A stretch of DNA of 64,000 nucleotides, counting the filler, from Piptocephalis cylindrospora (taxonomy: Eukaryota): NCBI GenBank assembly GCA_003614145.1. It is 3 parts of 3 records of this genome, joined end to end, with 100 filler letters (N's around TTAATTAATTAA, not from the genome) between each part and the next. Parts side by side here need not be neighbours in the genome. Positions count along the whole stretch, not along the records: positions 23,151 to 45,974 come from KZ987795.1; 2 more parts are not named here. The stretch is one strand, 5' to 3'. The notes below the pieces were generated by a model. That model had not been told where the DNA came from. It saw only the letters and a program-made list of their open reading frames with translations, and searched no databases. Position 1 is the stretch's first letter. Every line of letters begins with the position of its first letter. Positions 25,035 through 37,850 of this stretch are shown piece after piece. Position numbers and translations under genes: made by a program.

Positions 25035-26650
25035 ATGGTTCCCCGACTTGGCCTCCTCTCCCAGCCTCGACGCTTCCTCTCCCCATCTCTTATTCTTCCT
25101 CTTCCTCTTCCTCGGCCCACCCCCTCAGCTTGGTCCTTTCCCCACTGTTATCATCACCGCCCAATGAGCTCTACCACACTCAAAGCCCCTATCGCCCCGG
25201 CCGAACGTGTTGCCCATTTTAAGCAGGATGTCTGGTCCCTCTTCACCCGTCTTACCTTGGAACATAAGGCAGTGAACCTTGGGCAAGGCTTCATGAAGTA
25301 TGCTATACAGATGCACATACATGTCTCTATTATGACTTATATATCCCCTCCACCCTAGCTTTCCCCCTCCTAGGCTCATTAAGGATGCTGCCTCTGCGGC
25401 CATCCACACCGATAGCTTCAATCAATACCCACCTCCTCGCGGACGTCCACGGCTTCTCAAGGCCCTGTCTGACCATTACTCCCCGGTCTTTGGCAGGACT
25501 CTGGACCCAACGACGGACATCTTCATCCCTTCGGGTGCCAACGAGGGTAGGAGATAGTGGATGCTCGCTTATAAGACGGGATTAGGCTTATTTCCATCTA
25601 ATGAACAACCCTCTCCCCACCCTCTCTCAGGCATCTACTGTATCTTTGCTGCCTACCTCAACCAGGGTGACGAGGTCATTCTCTTTGAGCCCTATTTTGA
25701 TCAATATTTGGTAGGTTGCGGATGCGAGATCTGTTACTTCCTCCCTGGTCCATCTCATCTTACTCTCCCCTCCACAGTCTAATGTCACCATGAACGGCGG
25801 TGTCCCCGTTTTCTTACCCTTGATCCCAGGGAGCTCCCAGGAGGATGGAGTTATCCCATCCTCTTCCTGGAAGGTGGACATGAATGAGCTGGAAAAGGCC
25901 ATTACTCCAAAGACCAAAATTATCCTTCTCAACACACCGCATAACCCAGTGGGAAAGGTCTTTTCCGAGGAAGAAATCCGTGCCATTGGTGATCTTGCTG
26001 TCAAACACAACATTCTCATCTTGAGTGACGAGGTCTACGACCATCTGGTCTTCTCCCCTTCCAAGCACCTTTCCATCGGTGCTCTTCCCGAATACCGATC
26101 CCGGACCCTGACCGTTGGAAGTGCCGGAAAGGTCTTTGGCGTGACCGGCTGGCGTCTAGGTTGGGTCATGGGCGATGCCCCTCTCCTTGCCCCTGTCCTT
26201 GCTGCTCATACCCGTGTCTGCTTCTGTGCCACTGGTCCCCTGCAAGAGGCCGTAGCGGAGGCCTTTGAGAAATCCGACTCGAATGGCTTCTTTGACCAAC
26301 AGACCAAGGAGTACGAATCCCGCCTTGCCGCCCTGACCAAGCCCCTGGAGGAAGTAGGTCTCCCATACACCCTGCCTAAAGGGTCCTACTTTCTCCTGGT
26401 TAATACCTCCAGTATTCGCATTCCCCAGGGCTTCTCCTTCCCCCCGGAGATCTCCGCCCGTGGTAGGAACTTTGAGATGTGCTACTGGCTCCTCGCTGAA
26501 ATCGGCGTCACCGCCATCCCTGTCAGCGAGTTTTACAGTGATACTAACCAGCATCTCGGTGAAGATTACATCCGCTTTGCCTTTTGCAAGACCGACGATG
26601 TCCTCGAGGAGGCCAGTAAGCGTCTTTTGAGGATTAAGGAATTTCTATGA
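25035..26650 (+). CDS. BNA3: Kynurenine--oxoglutarate aminotransferase (class I/II PLP aminotransferase), multi-exon; alternative start 25164
   Basis: DVWSLF...AVNLGQGF, NQYPPPRG, GANEGI, FEPYFDQY, LNTPHNPVGKVF, SDEVYD, GSAGKVFGVTGWRLGW (PLP Lys), IRFAFCK. Confidence 0.93.
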
Positions 26651-26888
26651 AGATCTCACCCAACTTTTCGTGCCATTCCGACTTTGGCGTCAATGAGATA
26701 CAATATCAATTGATTACAAGACACCGCTAGGTAATGAGAATGGAATGCATCTACGTTGCTCTCTGGTTCTGATTCTTGCTAAATCTTGGACTCTGAGTCA
26801 AATGAATATTGATTTCTCTGACATCAAGCCCTGAAGCCTCTCTGTTGCGCCAAGGAATCAGCGGAGCTGACTTGCATGGACCAGGGAG

Positions 26889-26926
26889 ACGCGTGTGGAG
26901 AGACGCGGTATATCGTTCGTACGCGT
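26889..26926. promoter_or_regulatory. Cluster of MCB-like elements upstream of SMC4
   Basis: ACGCGT at 26889-26894 and 26921-26926 plus ACGCGG at 26903-26908, ~210-245 bp upstream of the SMC4 ATG. Confidence 0.6.
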
Positions 26927-27132
26927 CGTACTCACAAAGATGGGTCTCCAGCAACATCACATTGACAAACCATACCCATGAGGATCATTTCAAGTTTACT
27001 CCTTATATCCTCCTCCCTTCTCCCTCACCCTCTCATCTGCATCATTACATTTTTTTTGTGGATATTAAAGCCACACACTCTTTTTTGGAGTAGCTCAGAG
27101 CCCTATCCTCTTCCTCCTTCAATCACCCAACC

Positions 27133-30100
27133 ATGTCGGGAACTCCTCGAGTTTCTGAGGCCAGTGGCTTTGTCAAGGATGAAGCTGCTCAAGCCGCCCA
27201 TGTAAGTCTTTAATTGTTCCACTCCGACAGAGCCTTATGTTTCCCTTCATCTCTAAAACTCTCCTAGAAACCTCGGTTAGTCATGGTGAGTATGACCCTA
27301 AAAAATTTTAAATCCTATGCCGGGACCCAGGTCCTTGGCCCATTTCACAGAGTATGTTAATCTTTGCTCCCTACCACCGCCAAGTCTCATCTCTCCCCCC
27401 TCTCTTAGTCGTTCTCTGCCGTCGTAGGACCCAATGGATCTGGAAAGTCCAACGTCATTGATGCTCTCCTTTTCGTCTTTGGTTGGAGAGCTTCCAAGAT
27501 GCGTCAGGGAAAGCTCTCGGGTCTCATCCATGCCTCCGGGGGCCATGACCCCATTGATAGCTGCTCGGTTGAAATCACCTTCCACACCATCATCGATGAT
27601 GAGGCCTCCGCTGATGGCTTTCGTATCCTCCCTGACTCCCAACTCCTCGTCTCCCGTGTCGCCTATCGAAATAACACCTCTAAGTACTTTATCAACTCCA
27701 GATCTAGTACTTACACGGATGTCACCGCTCTACTCAAGTCCCATGGCGTGGATTTAGAACACAAGCGTTTCTTAATCCTTCAGGTAAGCCGATTTGCACA
27801 GATATCCCCTCTCCTTCTCTCCCTACATTCATTTACACTTCCCTTTATTATCAGGGAGAGGTCGAGTCCATCTCACAAATGAAAGCCAAGGCCCCGACGG
27901 AGCACGAAGATGGCTTACTCGAGTACCTGGAAGATATCATTGGCACCGCCAGGTACAAGACACCCATTGCCGAGGCCACGAGTCATCTGGAATCCCTGGG
28001 GGAAGAGAGATCTGAAAGGATCGGTCGAGTGCGATTTGTGGAAAAGGAGAAGGAAAAGTTAGAGGTACGCAGGGTGAATCAAGACGGATCTGGAAGATAA
28101 GACCAGCTCATTAGCTGAATCCATTCTCCCTCTCCCCATCCCCATAGGATGCGAAAAATGAGGCAGAGATGTTTTGCCGTAATGAGAACGCCCTAGCCTT
28201 GACCAAATCATCCCTCTTCCAGCGGGAGCACCATGATTGGTCTAAGAAGTGTACTTTGGCTGAAGAATCTATGGTAAGATGGGGATATCACTTTATGGGC
28301 AATGGGTAGTTCGTCTCATCCTTTCCCTCTCATTCAGGTCTCCACGGAAAAGGAGCTGAAGGAAGAGACGGAAAAGCATGCGGAAAGCATGGAAGGCGCC
28401 AAACAATTAAATCAACGTAGGAGCTCGCTAGAAAAGGAAAGCGAGTGGATTGAGCGGGATTCAGCCAAGGACTTTGCTGCTCGAGCAAAATGTGAGGAGG
28501 AGGGGGTCCTGCTCGCTGAGAACCGTAAGCACGTCATGTCCCGTCTTTCCAAGGCCAAGAAGACCATGGAGCGGGTCGGAAAGAAACATGAGGAGGTCGA
28601 AGCCTCGATTACCCAGTATGCCCAAGATCTGGAAGAGGAGGAGGAGGAGATGGCTCGTACCGATGTCAAGTTACGAGATGCTGAGGAAGAGCTGGACCAG
28701 TTGACCGAGTCCCTCAAGGAACGCACTGCCCCTATCACCCAAAGGATCGAAGGGAAACAAAGAGAGTTGGCCCCATGGTCCGAAAAGGCTCAGAAAATCC
28801 GGTCCAAACTTACAGTCCTCCGTCAAGAGCTCGGATTGGTTCAGGAGAGGACTCGTCAGGGCTCCTCCCGGGTTCAGGAGGCTACGGAGGCCCTTGAAGT
28901 ACTAAAGCAGGAGCATGAGGGAAAGGGAGCCCAGGTACAGGAGTTAGAGGGGGCTTATGCCCGCCGGCAGGATCGACTCGAAAAGGAACTTCGTCCCCGC
29001 CTCCGAGATCTCATGGTTCGGGAGGAGGAGGCTCGAAGGAAGATGGATGGGACGCGCGACCGACTGGAGGAGGCTGAAAAGGCCTCCCGTACCGTCCGGT
29101 CCCAATCATCCGTCCTCACCCATATCCTCAGGCTTGGGGAAGGAGGAAGGGTTCGGGGGATCAATGATCGTCTGGGCAACCTAGGGATCATTGATGCCAA
29201 GTACGATGTAGCTGTCTCCACCGCCTGTGCTGCCCTAGATGATGTTGTTGTGGATACCACAGATGCAGGCCAAAGATGCTTGGAGCACCTGAGAAGGCAG
29301 CAATTGGGTTCATGTCGCTTTATCCTTCTCGATAAACTTCCCACCTTCCGCATGGACCCCATTTCCACTCCTGAAGGCCTCCCCCGGCTTTTCGACCTTA
29401 TCACCACCCAGGATCCTAGATTTTCTCCGGCCTTCTACCATGGTCTCCGGGATACTTTAGTCGCTCAGGATCTGGCTCAGGCTAATAGAGTGGCCTTTGG
29501 ATCCGGAGGAGGCCGTGGGGGAAAGCGGTGGAGGGTTGTTACTGTGGATGGTCAGCTTATCGAACCCTCCGGTACCATCTCAGGTGGAGGTCGTCAGGTT
29601 TCCCGGGGACGTATGGCCTCATCCTTTCCCTCAGGCCCCGGTCGACGATCCGGTCAGGCAGGAGGGGTGGGTGGGGGTCTGGGTGAAGCAGAAATCTCCC
29701 AACTACGAGATGTTTTGGTCGAGGAGGAATCCACATGGAAGACATTGGTGGATAAACGTCGAGCCGTCACTGGGGAGGTCGGTTCCATGGAGGCTATGTT
29801 GCCAAAAGAGAAGATTCAGGGGGAGAAGCTCCAGATGGAAGTCAAAGGCTTGGAACGAGAGATGGTTTTAGGAGATGAGAGGCTCCGACGGGCCCGGGAG
29901 GTTGAAATCACGGAGAGGGCCGAAATTGATAAAGGGGAGGCCCGAGTTGTAGAACTAGAAGAAGCCATCGCCGCTTCAGAGAGTGAATTGGTCCAGGTGG
30001 ACCAGGAGGTGGGAAAAGTAGAGGAGGAGCTTAAAGGCCTGCAAGAAGAGATCCTCCGGGTAGGGGGAGACCGGGTCCGGGATCAACGGCACCAAATTCA

Positions 30101-31386
30101 ACAATACCGTGAACGACTGGACCAAGGCCGAGGCCGCATTGTCCGTATGGGTGTAGAGCGGGACAGAGCCACTAAAGAGGTGGAGAGGCTACGGGGAGAA
30201 CGGGACAGTTCTTCCCGGGAAGTCACGAGTCTTCAGGGAGAAGTGGAGGACCTAAAAGAGAAGGAGGAGGCACGACTTCAGGAGCTCAAGGGTGTGGAAG
30301 GAGCGTGTTCCCAGGCCGAGGAGGCCCTCCGGGAAAAAAGGTCCCAGCTAGAGAAAGTGGAACGGGAACTCTCTGCCCTGGAAGAGACCCTGAGTACTTG
30401 GAGGATCCGGGAGGCCGAACTACGTGGTCGTATCCGTAAATCCGCCTCTTTAGTTGACGAGGGACGCAGGAGAATGAAGCAGTGCTTGGATGCCGCTAAG
30501 CGCCTCACTCTCCATGATCTTTCTTACATGGAGGATGTGACTTCGTCTGATCTTCAGGCAGAAGAAGAATCTTCTTCCTCTCTGACACAATTCCCCACAT
30601 TAACTCCGGGGGAAATGGAGGCTTTGGATGTTCAGACCTTACATGAGGAGGTCGCTCGATTAGAACGACTTATCTCTGAGGCCCAGCCTAATCTAGGAGT
30701 GCTGGAAGAATGGAGAGCTCGACATGAAGAATATCGAGTACGTGCATCTGAACTTGCAGATATTACCCGTCGGAGGGATGGAGCCAAGGAGGAACTGGAA
30801 GATCTTCGAGGTCGTCGACTCACCGAGTTCATGGAGGGCTTTACGGCCATCTCTTACAAACTCAAGGAGATGTACCAAATGATTACTCTTGGAGGCAACG
30901 CTGAGCTTGAACTTGTCGATAGTCTTGATCCCTTCTCCGAAGGTATTGTTTTTAGCGTCATGCCCCCGCGAAAGAGCTGGAAAAACATTTCCAACCTATC
31001 AGGCGGGGAAAAGACCCTTAGTTCCCTCGCTCTCGTCTTTGCCCTTCACCACTTTAAGCCCACGCCCATATATGTCATGGACGAGATTGATGCGGTACGT
31101 CCTTGGTCTTCCTTGTGAAACAGAAGAGGGGCCTGCAACTGATAATCACTTACTTTTCTCATCTCTGCCCCTGCCTATATAGGCCTTGGATTTTCGTAAT
31201 GTGTCCATCGTGGCCAATTATATCAAGGAACGCACCCGAAATGCTCAGTTTATCATTATCAGTTTGAGAAACAATATGTTTGAACTGGCTGATCGTCTCG
31301 TGGGTATCTACAAGACCGATAACAAGACCAAGTCCGTCACCATCAATCCTCAGGCCGTGGCTGCTGCTGCTGGAACCTCCATGTGA
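27133..31386 (+). CDS. SMC4: Condensin subunit SMC4, multi-exon
   Basis: NFKSYAG...GPFH, Walker A GPNGSGKSN, RFLILQGEVESI, hinge RLGNLGIIDAKYDVAVSTAC / WRVVTVDG, signature LSGGEK, Walker B DEIDAALDFRNVS. Confidence 0.97.
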
Positions 31387-31683
31387 TTAGAGAGGGGATT
31401 AAAAAAATGAGAAGAAAGCTGAGATGTATGTGTATTGCCTGCGACATGTGGGGTAAATATGGGTAGATGCTGAGTGAAGATGTCAATTGCTTAGTAGGAT
31501 AAAAGAGGTTGGAAGCAGGGAGCGCCTTGAACCCATTTATAGACCAATACAAGTCGGCTCTTTTCCCATACGAGTATGTAAACCGCTCTTCTGATCCTTC
31601 CCCCCATGCCCCTGAAACTATAACCCTGGCAAGGTCCATGCTATTTCCCACTCTCCCCGAAAAATCACCCACTTATCCCATCT

Positions 31684-33570
31684 TCAAACAGCTCCCTCTA
31701 ACCCGCACAGTTCTTCTAAATCCATCGTGGTAAGAGGAATGGACAGAACATCGCTACCATCGGACCCCCGAGTCTCGGTGAGAAGGTCATGATCCCGGAA
31801 TTCCCCAAGGATACTCTTGAACGTAGCCTCACTATTAACAATAAAGGCCGCACGACAGCGAGAAAATAGCTCCTCGTAGGTGATTCCTCGCTCCACACTC
31901 GTGCCCTCCGGACCTTCGTCGTCCTCGTGATCCTCTGGATGGTACACCGTAGATTCTTTGGGCCTACGTTTGAGCGTATTGGACGAGAAGGGAGCAGAGT
32001 CGATGCATGCTTGGCCCAACATGCGAAAGAGATCCCGTGCATTATCGGTCAGGGAGGCTAGGACCAGCTGAGCACTATGCTTATTCACCATAGTGGCACC
32101 ATTTCCAGCCGTGGTTAGTCGGAGAATAAGGGAGGCATGGGCGGATTGCTCTGTGATGTACGGGACAAAAGTGGTAGAGTCATGGAAGAGGAAGGAAGAA
32201 GTGGAAAATGGTCCAGGATTAAGGAGGAGTCCGGCGTTTATGTGATCCACGGAGGCAAGGAGGGATATGTTTGGGATGGATGCTAGAGTAAGGAGAGCCT
32301 CCTGGGCCTGAGGCGAACTAAGCCCTGGTCCATCCAGATTATGAACAAGGAGGTATAGCCGAGGGATCCTTCGAGAACGTCCAGTAAGGTGCGAAATACG
32401 AGAAATTTTCCAAGGTCGAGTCATCTTGGGGACCTTACGCGGCCTACCTCTTTTCCCACTCCCAAGTCCCGGGCCCCTGGTTTCTTCTCTTTCTCCTTCC
32501 TCATCCTCATCTTCATCCTCAAGCTCAAACTCAGGGTCACTACCAGAATCCGGCTGCATAAGAGTACATGCTTCCTGGGAAGATGCATCAGCCAGGAATG
32601 GCATATTGTAAGCATGTTCTTCCCCTGTCCTTTCACTCTGATCTTGAGACCAGTAGGCCCGAATAGCATCAAGCTTCTGGGCATAGGAGGCGCGTGAGGT
32701 TACCTTAATTCCCAACAGGTCCATGAGCCCAGCGAGAACCTCCTTGATGGAAGCCGAGGCAGCATACCCGTATACCACGACTGTAGGGCCATCCAGACAC
32801 ATTTCCTGGACAAAATCCTCCAGGAGCTCCTTCTTGGAGCCGTATCCGTAAAAGCACAAGTTAAACCCAGCATTGACCTCAAAGAGCCACTGAGGATATT
32901 GATCCTTGAGATAATCGGCGAGAAATTGTCGCTCTTGAGGATGGCTAGAGACCACGGAGCCGCCCGCATGCACAGACGCACTGATTGTTTCGGCATCCCC
33001 CTTTCCCTCCTTGAGTTCGACAAGGCTTTTCGCGATACGAGCGGCAGTGAATGTATTTTTCGAAGTGTGCTGCCGTGTCAAGGAAGCAAAAGCACGTCTA
33101 GGAGTGCTTGGAGGAATGACGGGGACAGGGTCGGCGAAAATGTTGTTGGGATCTGACTAAATGGAATAGAATGACATTGGTAAGACAAATGGACAGATAA
33201 TCACGGCGAGGGAAGGTCAAGCTTACATCATCAAAGGCATTCTCCTGCAGTTGAGGGCTCTATACGTAAGAGGAATTGATGAGTCCGAGGAAACAAGGAA
33301 GATTCATAGCTGAATTACCTTGTCATTCCCTGATAGTATCTCCTTGGAGGAGTGCTTACGTCGTTTTGAAGTCGGAGTGGAAGTGACATCATCAGTTTCC
33401 TTTCGATCCATCTCGTCCTCGGCGCTAGTAGCAGTACGTTTGGGTGACATGGACAAAACCTCAGTGGGGCCCTGTCGGGATCGTCGGCGAGACGGGGTCT
33501 GGGCCTCTGGTGCCTTACTATCCCCAAGGGAGGGAACCTTTGAAGTTGGTGAAGGGCTGGAAACGGTCAT
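31684..33570 (-). CDS. ORC2: Origin recognition complex subunit 2, multi-exon; start approximate
   Basis: QYPQWLFEVNAGFNLCFYGYGSKKELL, LLVHNLDG, LASVDHINA, HDSTTFVPY, VLASLTDNAR, LGEFRDH. Confidence 0.93.
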
Positions 33571-33639
33571 GCGAGAGCTGGGGACAGAGGAAAGGAAGTA
33601 AAGAAGAAAAACAGTGAGGATCAGAAGCCATGGCTTGTG

Positions 33640-33735
33640 ACGCGAAATGCGCTAACAATGTGACCCCGCTACGCGCACTTGTAAGAGTGGCCTTAAAGTA
33701 TGGTCCTTTTAAGACCGCTCCTATGCTAGGCGCGT
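33640..33735. promoter_or_regulatory. SCB/MCB-like CGCG elements in the ORC2/SMU1 divergent promoter
   Basis: ACGCGAAA at 33640-33647, ACGCGC at 33671-33676 and GCGCGT at 33730-33735 within a ~220-bp head-to-head intergenic region. Confidence 0.5.
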
Positions 33736-33792
33736 CCCTCATCATTTTCTCTTCCTCTCCCTTACATATCCAGCGGCATTGTATAACAACAC

Positions 33793-36239
33793 ATGGGACT
33801 CGAAATTGCCTTTCCAGAGTAAGTAGTTCTCATAAGAATTGCCTTTTTGAAGCTCACGATCACATCACCTATACCCCTCCTTTCTAGCGTCGTCCGGGTC
33901 GTGTTACAGTTCCTTCAGGAGAACCAGCTCAGTTCAACTTTTGCTGCCTTACGGGTATGTGAGAGAGGAAGTGGGGGAAAGGGGCTTCGATTGCCTTTTG
34001 ATCTCATAGCACCACTCATGCTTCGCTTATGATGCACGAGGTAGGACGAGACGGGAATATCCCTAAATGCCGTTCAATCATCCGATGTCATTGTTCAGGC
34101 AGTGATGAAAGGTCAGTGGGATATCGCGCTTGGACACTTACGCGACATTGAGGTGCCCCCGACTGTGCTTTTGGATATGTATGAACAGGTACGATTTTGA
34201 ATGATGGGCTTGATGGATCGGATAGTTATGGGCGGGCAGGCACTCGTCCTTGTTGGGAAGGGGGGAAAGGGGCTTTCTAAGCTCACCTAATCATCCCCTT
34301 GTTTCCCAATACTAGATGGCCTTGGAGCTACTAGAAGTGGGAGAATTTACGGCAGTACGTGCAATGCTCCAAAGGGCAAGCCCACTCCAGGAACTGGGGG
34401 TTGTGGATCCCCAAAGATTTCAACGACTAGATAAGCTTTCTTCAGTGGAGACGAACAAGCAGGATGAAATTGTGAGTTTTTGCTAGAGAGGAAAGACCCA
34501 ACCGTGGTTCGCTTTTGGTATACTCCTTATATCTCATGCCAATACCTTCTGATCGGATGGTATTAGGTGATCAAGGAAAAAGTGGATGATGCAAGCCATC
34601 AGGGTCGTCGAAAGGAAATTGCCAACGGTAAGGCCTGAACTAGCGGAAGGGTGTGGTGAGACAGGGATATCAGCTCTTGCATATGTCTAACCATCTCACT
34701 TTTGAATAGCCCTGAAAAATACCTTGCAAGTGGCTCCTTCATCTCGACTACTTACACTTCTTGGACAAGCAGCCCAATGGCAAGAAGCCCGAGGTTTACT
34801 CCATTCGGATGATGATTCCGTCTTGGATATCTTCCAAGATAATGTATCTGGGGCCCATGAGGACGAGGAAGCATTGCCTCAGGAGCACACCGGGGTCATC
34901 AAGGTAAGCCAAGAGAGATTGGGTCCCTATAATTAATAATAAGTTTATGGGAAGTAAACATCACTGACCTGTTATGATTTGATACCATCGATCCCAAGCA
35001 GTTCCCTGCCAAGACTGTTATTGAAGTCCTTACCTATTCTCCTAATGGACGGTCTCTCATCACTGGCTGTTCGGACGGGCTGATCGAGGTGTGGGACCCT
35101 GCCTCCCGAAGGTTGCGACACGATTTACTCTACCAATCTGAGGTATTCTATGATGATACCATTGGGAGGGAAGAGAAATAGGAAATGAGATGAATTCATG
35201 CAGCTTGCTCCGCGCGCCGCACACTGATCATTCCTCCTCTCGCATCAATTAGACGCCAATGATGATGGAAAGCTCAGTTCTGGGCCTTGCATTAGCCGAT
35301 GATATGGATACTCTAGTCTCGGGGTCTCAGGATGGAATTGTCAAGGTGTGGCGACTGACGACCGGGGAGTGCGTTCGTCGAATTGTGGCACATAGCCAAG
35401 CGGTGACGCAGGTTGCTTTCCATCAAGGAAGTATACTCTCCTCCAGCTTGGATGGGACCCTTCGGTAAGGGACTGGATGAGAGGGAGGGATGTTGAGAGA
35501 AAAGGAATCTGCTTTCATTTATCTCTGATGATTTATTGATACATTATCCCTGGGAAATCCTTGAATAGTCTGTATGGTCTTAAATCAGGACAGATGCTTC
35601 GGGAGTTCCGTGGGCATGGTGGATTCGTCAGCTGCTTTGGTCTGACTGGATCACGGTTGATTAGCGGAGGAAGCGATGGAGCTATTAAGGTAGACAATGA
35701 TAATCGAAATATCAGGGCGGGAGATACCTCGTGGATGCACTCACCCTAACTATCACCATTTCCTGTTCATTTAATCCTAGATATGGGATACCAAATCGGC
35801 TCAATGCCTTACCACCCTTGTCCCTAGTCTACAAGGAAGTGGGGCTCGTGGGGAGATGCATGGTACTGGGGATGGGATCATCTCTATTCTTCCAATTCCC
35901 TCGGCGCTCCCGTCCACGACTCCATCCACTGTGTTGATTGCGACGAGCCGAGGCCTATACACTCTTGATCTTCAGAATCCTACGCGCGATCCACCACAAT
36001 GCATCATGCGGCCGGGGAAAGCTCACCTCCTAGCATGCACCGTTTCTCCTCACGGTAAATATGCACATATTCTGTGCAATCATTATTATCTTCGAAGTAT
36101 GGCCTTGGAAACTGGGCTTGTAGAGCAGGAGCATCGGGTGTGTGAGGAGGACGAGGTGATTGCCGTGGCCCAGGCTCGACACTCTCCTCGTCTGGCCATT
36201 ACCTCAGATCGGGGTCGTGTTTACCTGTATCAAGGGTGA
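33793..36239 (+). CDS. SMU1: WD40-repeat spliceosomal protein SMU1, multi-exon
   Basis: LisH VVRVVLQFLQENQL...DETGISLN, CTLH GQWD...DMYEQ, APSSRLLTLLGQAAQWQ, GLKSGQMLREFRGH, WD40 repeats. Confidence 0.9.
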
Positions 36240-36539
36240 TGTGGCCTTGGCTTGGGCAAATCAAATGGGAGATGTAGCATCGTGGATGATGAATATAGTC
36301 CTGTTGCGTTATTAGTATTATTTTGAACATGGTGGAAAAATTGGTGTATGTCTTCGTGGGAAGCAATCTCTCTAGTGCGTATTGCCTCCCTGTCTCAGTC
36401 CATTATAATAACCACCCTTTGCTCCAAGAAATCTCATAAAGCATTTAACGCATGAAGAGTATAAAAAAATGCAGATGACAATGAAACACCAAAAGGCCAG
36501 GTCCGTCCAGGCTAACGTGTTGCCTCATCGCCCTGCTTC

Positions 36540-37850
36540 CCCTGTTTCCTCTCATGATTCTTGGTGAGCCCCAGCCAAGTATTTACCATATCATTGGAAT
36601 AGAGGCTCTAATTGCTTGGAAACCCCCGATATAACTTCTAGATTTGCTTGATAGCCAAATGAAGAGTATAAACTATTCAGCCGGACGGAATTTATAAGGG
36701 AAAATATCATCTTTGAGAGTAGGCCTATCATCTGGGCGCTCTTACCATTATCTTTGACGTATCCTCAGGAATCGATCCTTTCTTGATAATAATCGATGGG
36801 ATAGAACAAATCATTTTTCGGATCTGAGGTACGGGTAATGACATTGAATATCAACCATGGTACAGTAGACTCAGCCCATGGAGTATGGCATGGCTCGTGA
36901 GGATGAAAGAACACAAGGGAGGGATACGATCAGCAGGCTTCCAATGAAGAAACATCAATACACATTTAATCGAGGAGACGGATGAACCAGATTAAATAGA
37001 GTTGTATATGACCCTAATGTACTCATGAGACTTGGAACGCGATACCTTGCCCTCAGAATGCGATGTCATTATTTTAGGATGATTTAAACTAGTAAAGATT
37101 GTAGCATAGATAAAGAGGGTGTGAAAATGCTTATTTATCCATCGTATGAGAAGATGCAAAGTTTGATTATCTTGAAGAGTATCCGAAAGGATGGAGTGGG
37201 AAAGGTACTATATTCTCAAGTTTTTGGACGGATTGGTATTAAGAGAGATTCAGGCTGTATACCTCCTTAAAATTCACTATCCATTTAGAGAGTTGATTCA
37301 GGGTTTGTGTGAAGGGATGCTGAATATAGCATGAACTTTTCCTTCCATACTACTGAGGACCTGATATAACCGATTGGTTTGCTCAACCCATCTATGAACA
37401 TTCTTTCTTTGCTCCTCTCCACAAAGTTTTCTGCCGTAGCTCCTCCACACGCTCTTCTAAGCAATAATCAGCGCCTAGGTGAGCCAAGGCTCAGTTGGAA
37501 AGACAGTATGTATGATCTGAATGTAGGATTTCGCCTGGATCAAGGTAGAGGCTTGATCGAAAAAGTGAGAGGCAGCAAAGTTAACAGGCGTTAATTTCTG
37601 TTGGTGGGGACAGGATAGTTTTCGTGTGTGACGGATGAGGCAAAAATTAAGGGATGGCGTTCGTTGATCTTATACAAAAGGCGGTTAATAGGAATGGCCG
37701 TGGATAGATTTGGGAACGAAAGAAAGGTATCCATAGTGGCGAGGGCCACTGGCGCTTTGGTGGTGGTTTGGAAAGGCTATCGCACCGTTTTAAAAAAATT
37801 GTTAATGAGGAGGATTGTTGAATATATAGTTGGTTATATCCAGGCATAAA
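36540..37850 (-). pseudogene. Decayed coding relic, possibly paralogous to the secreted protein at 10830-12703
   Basis: Protein-like minus-strand frames broken by TAG (37475, 37457), TGA (36765, 36591) and a frameshift near 37600. Motifs FPNLSTAIPINRLL and SVW...NRLYQVLS resemble FRNLTNQDAIPTDRFI and SVW...NRLHTFLS. Confidence 0.45.
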
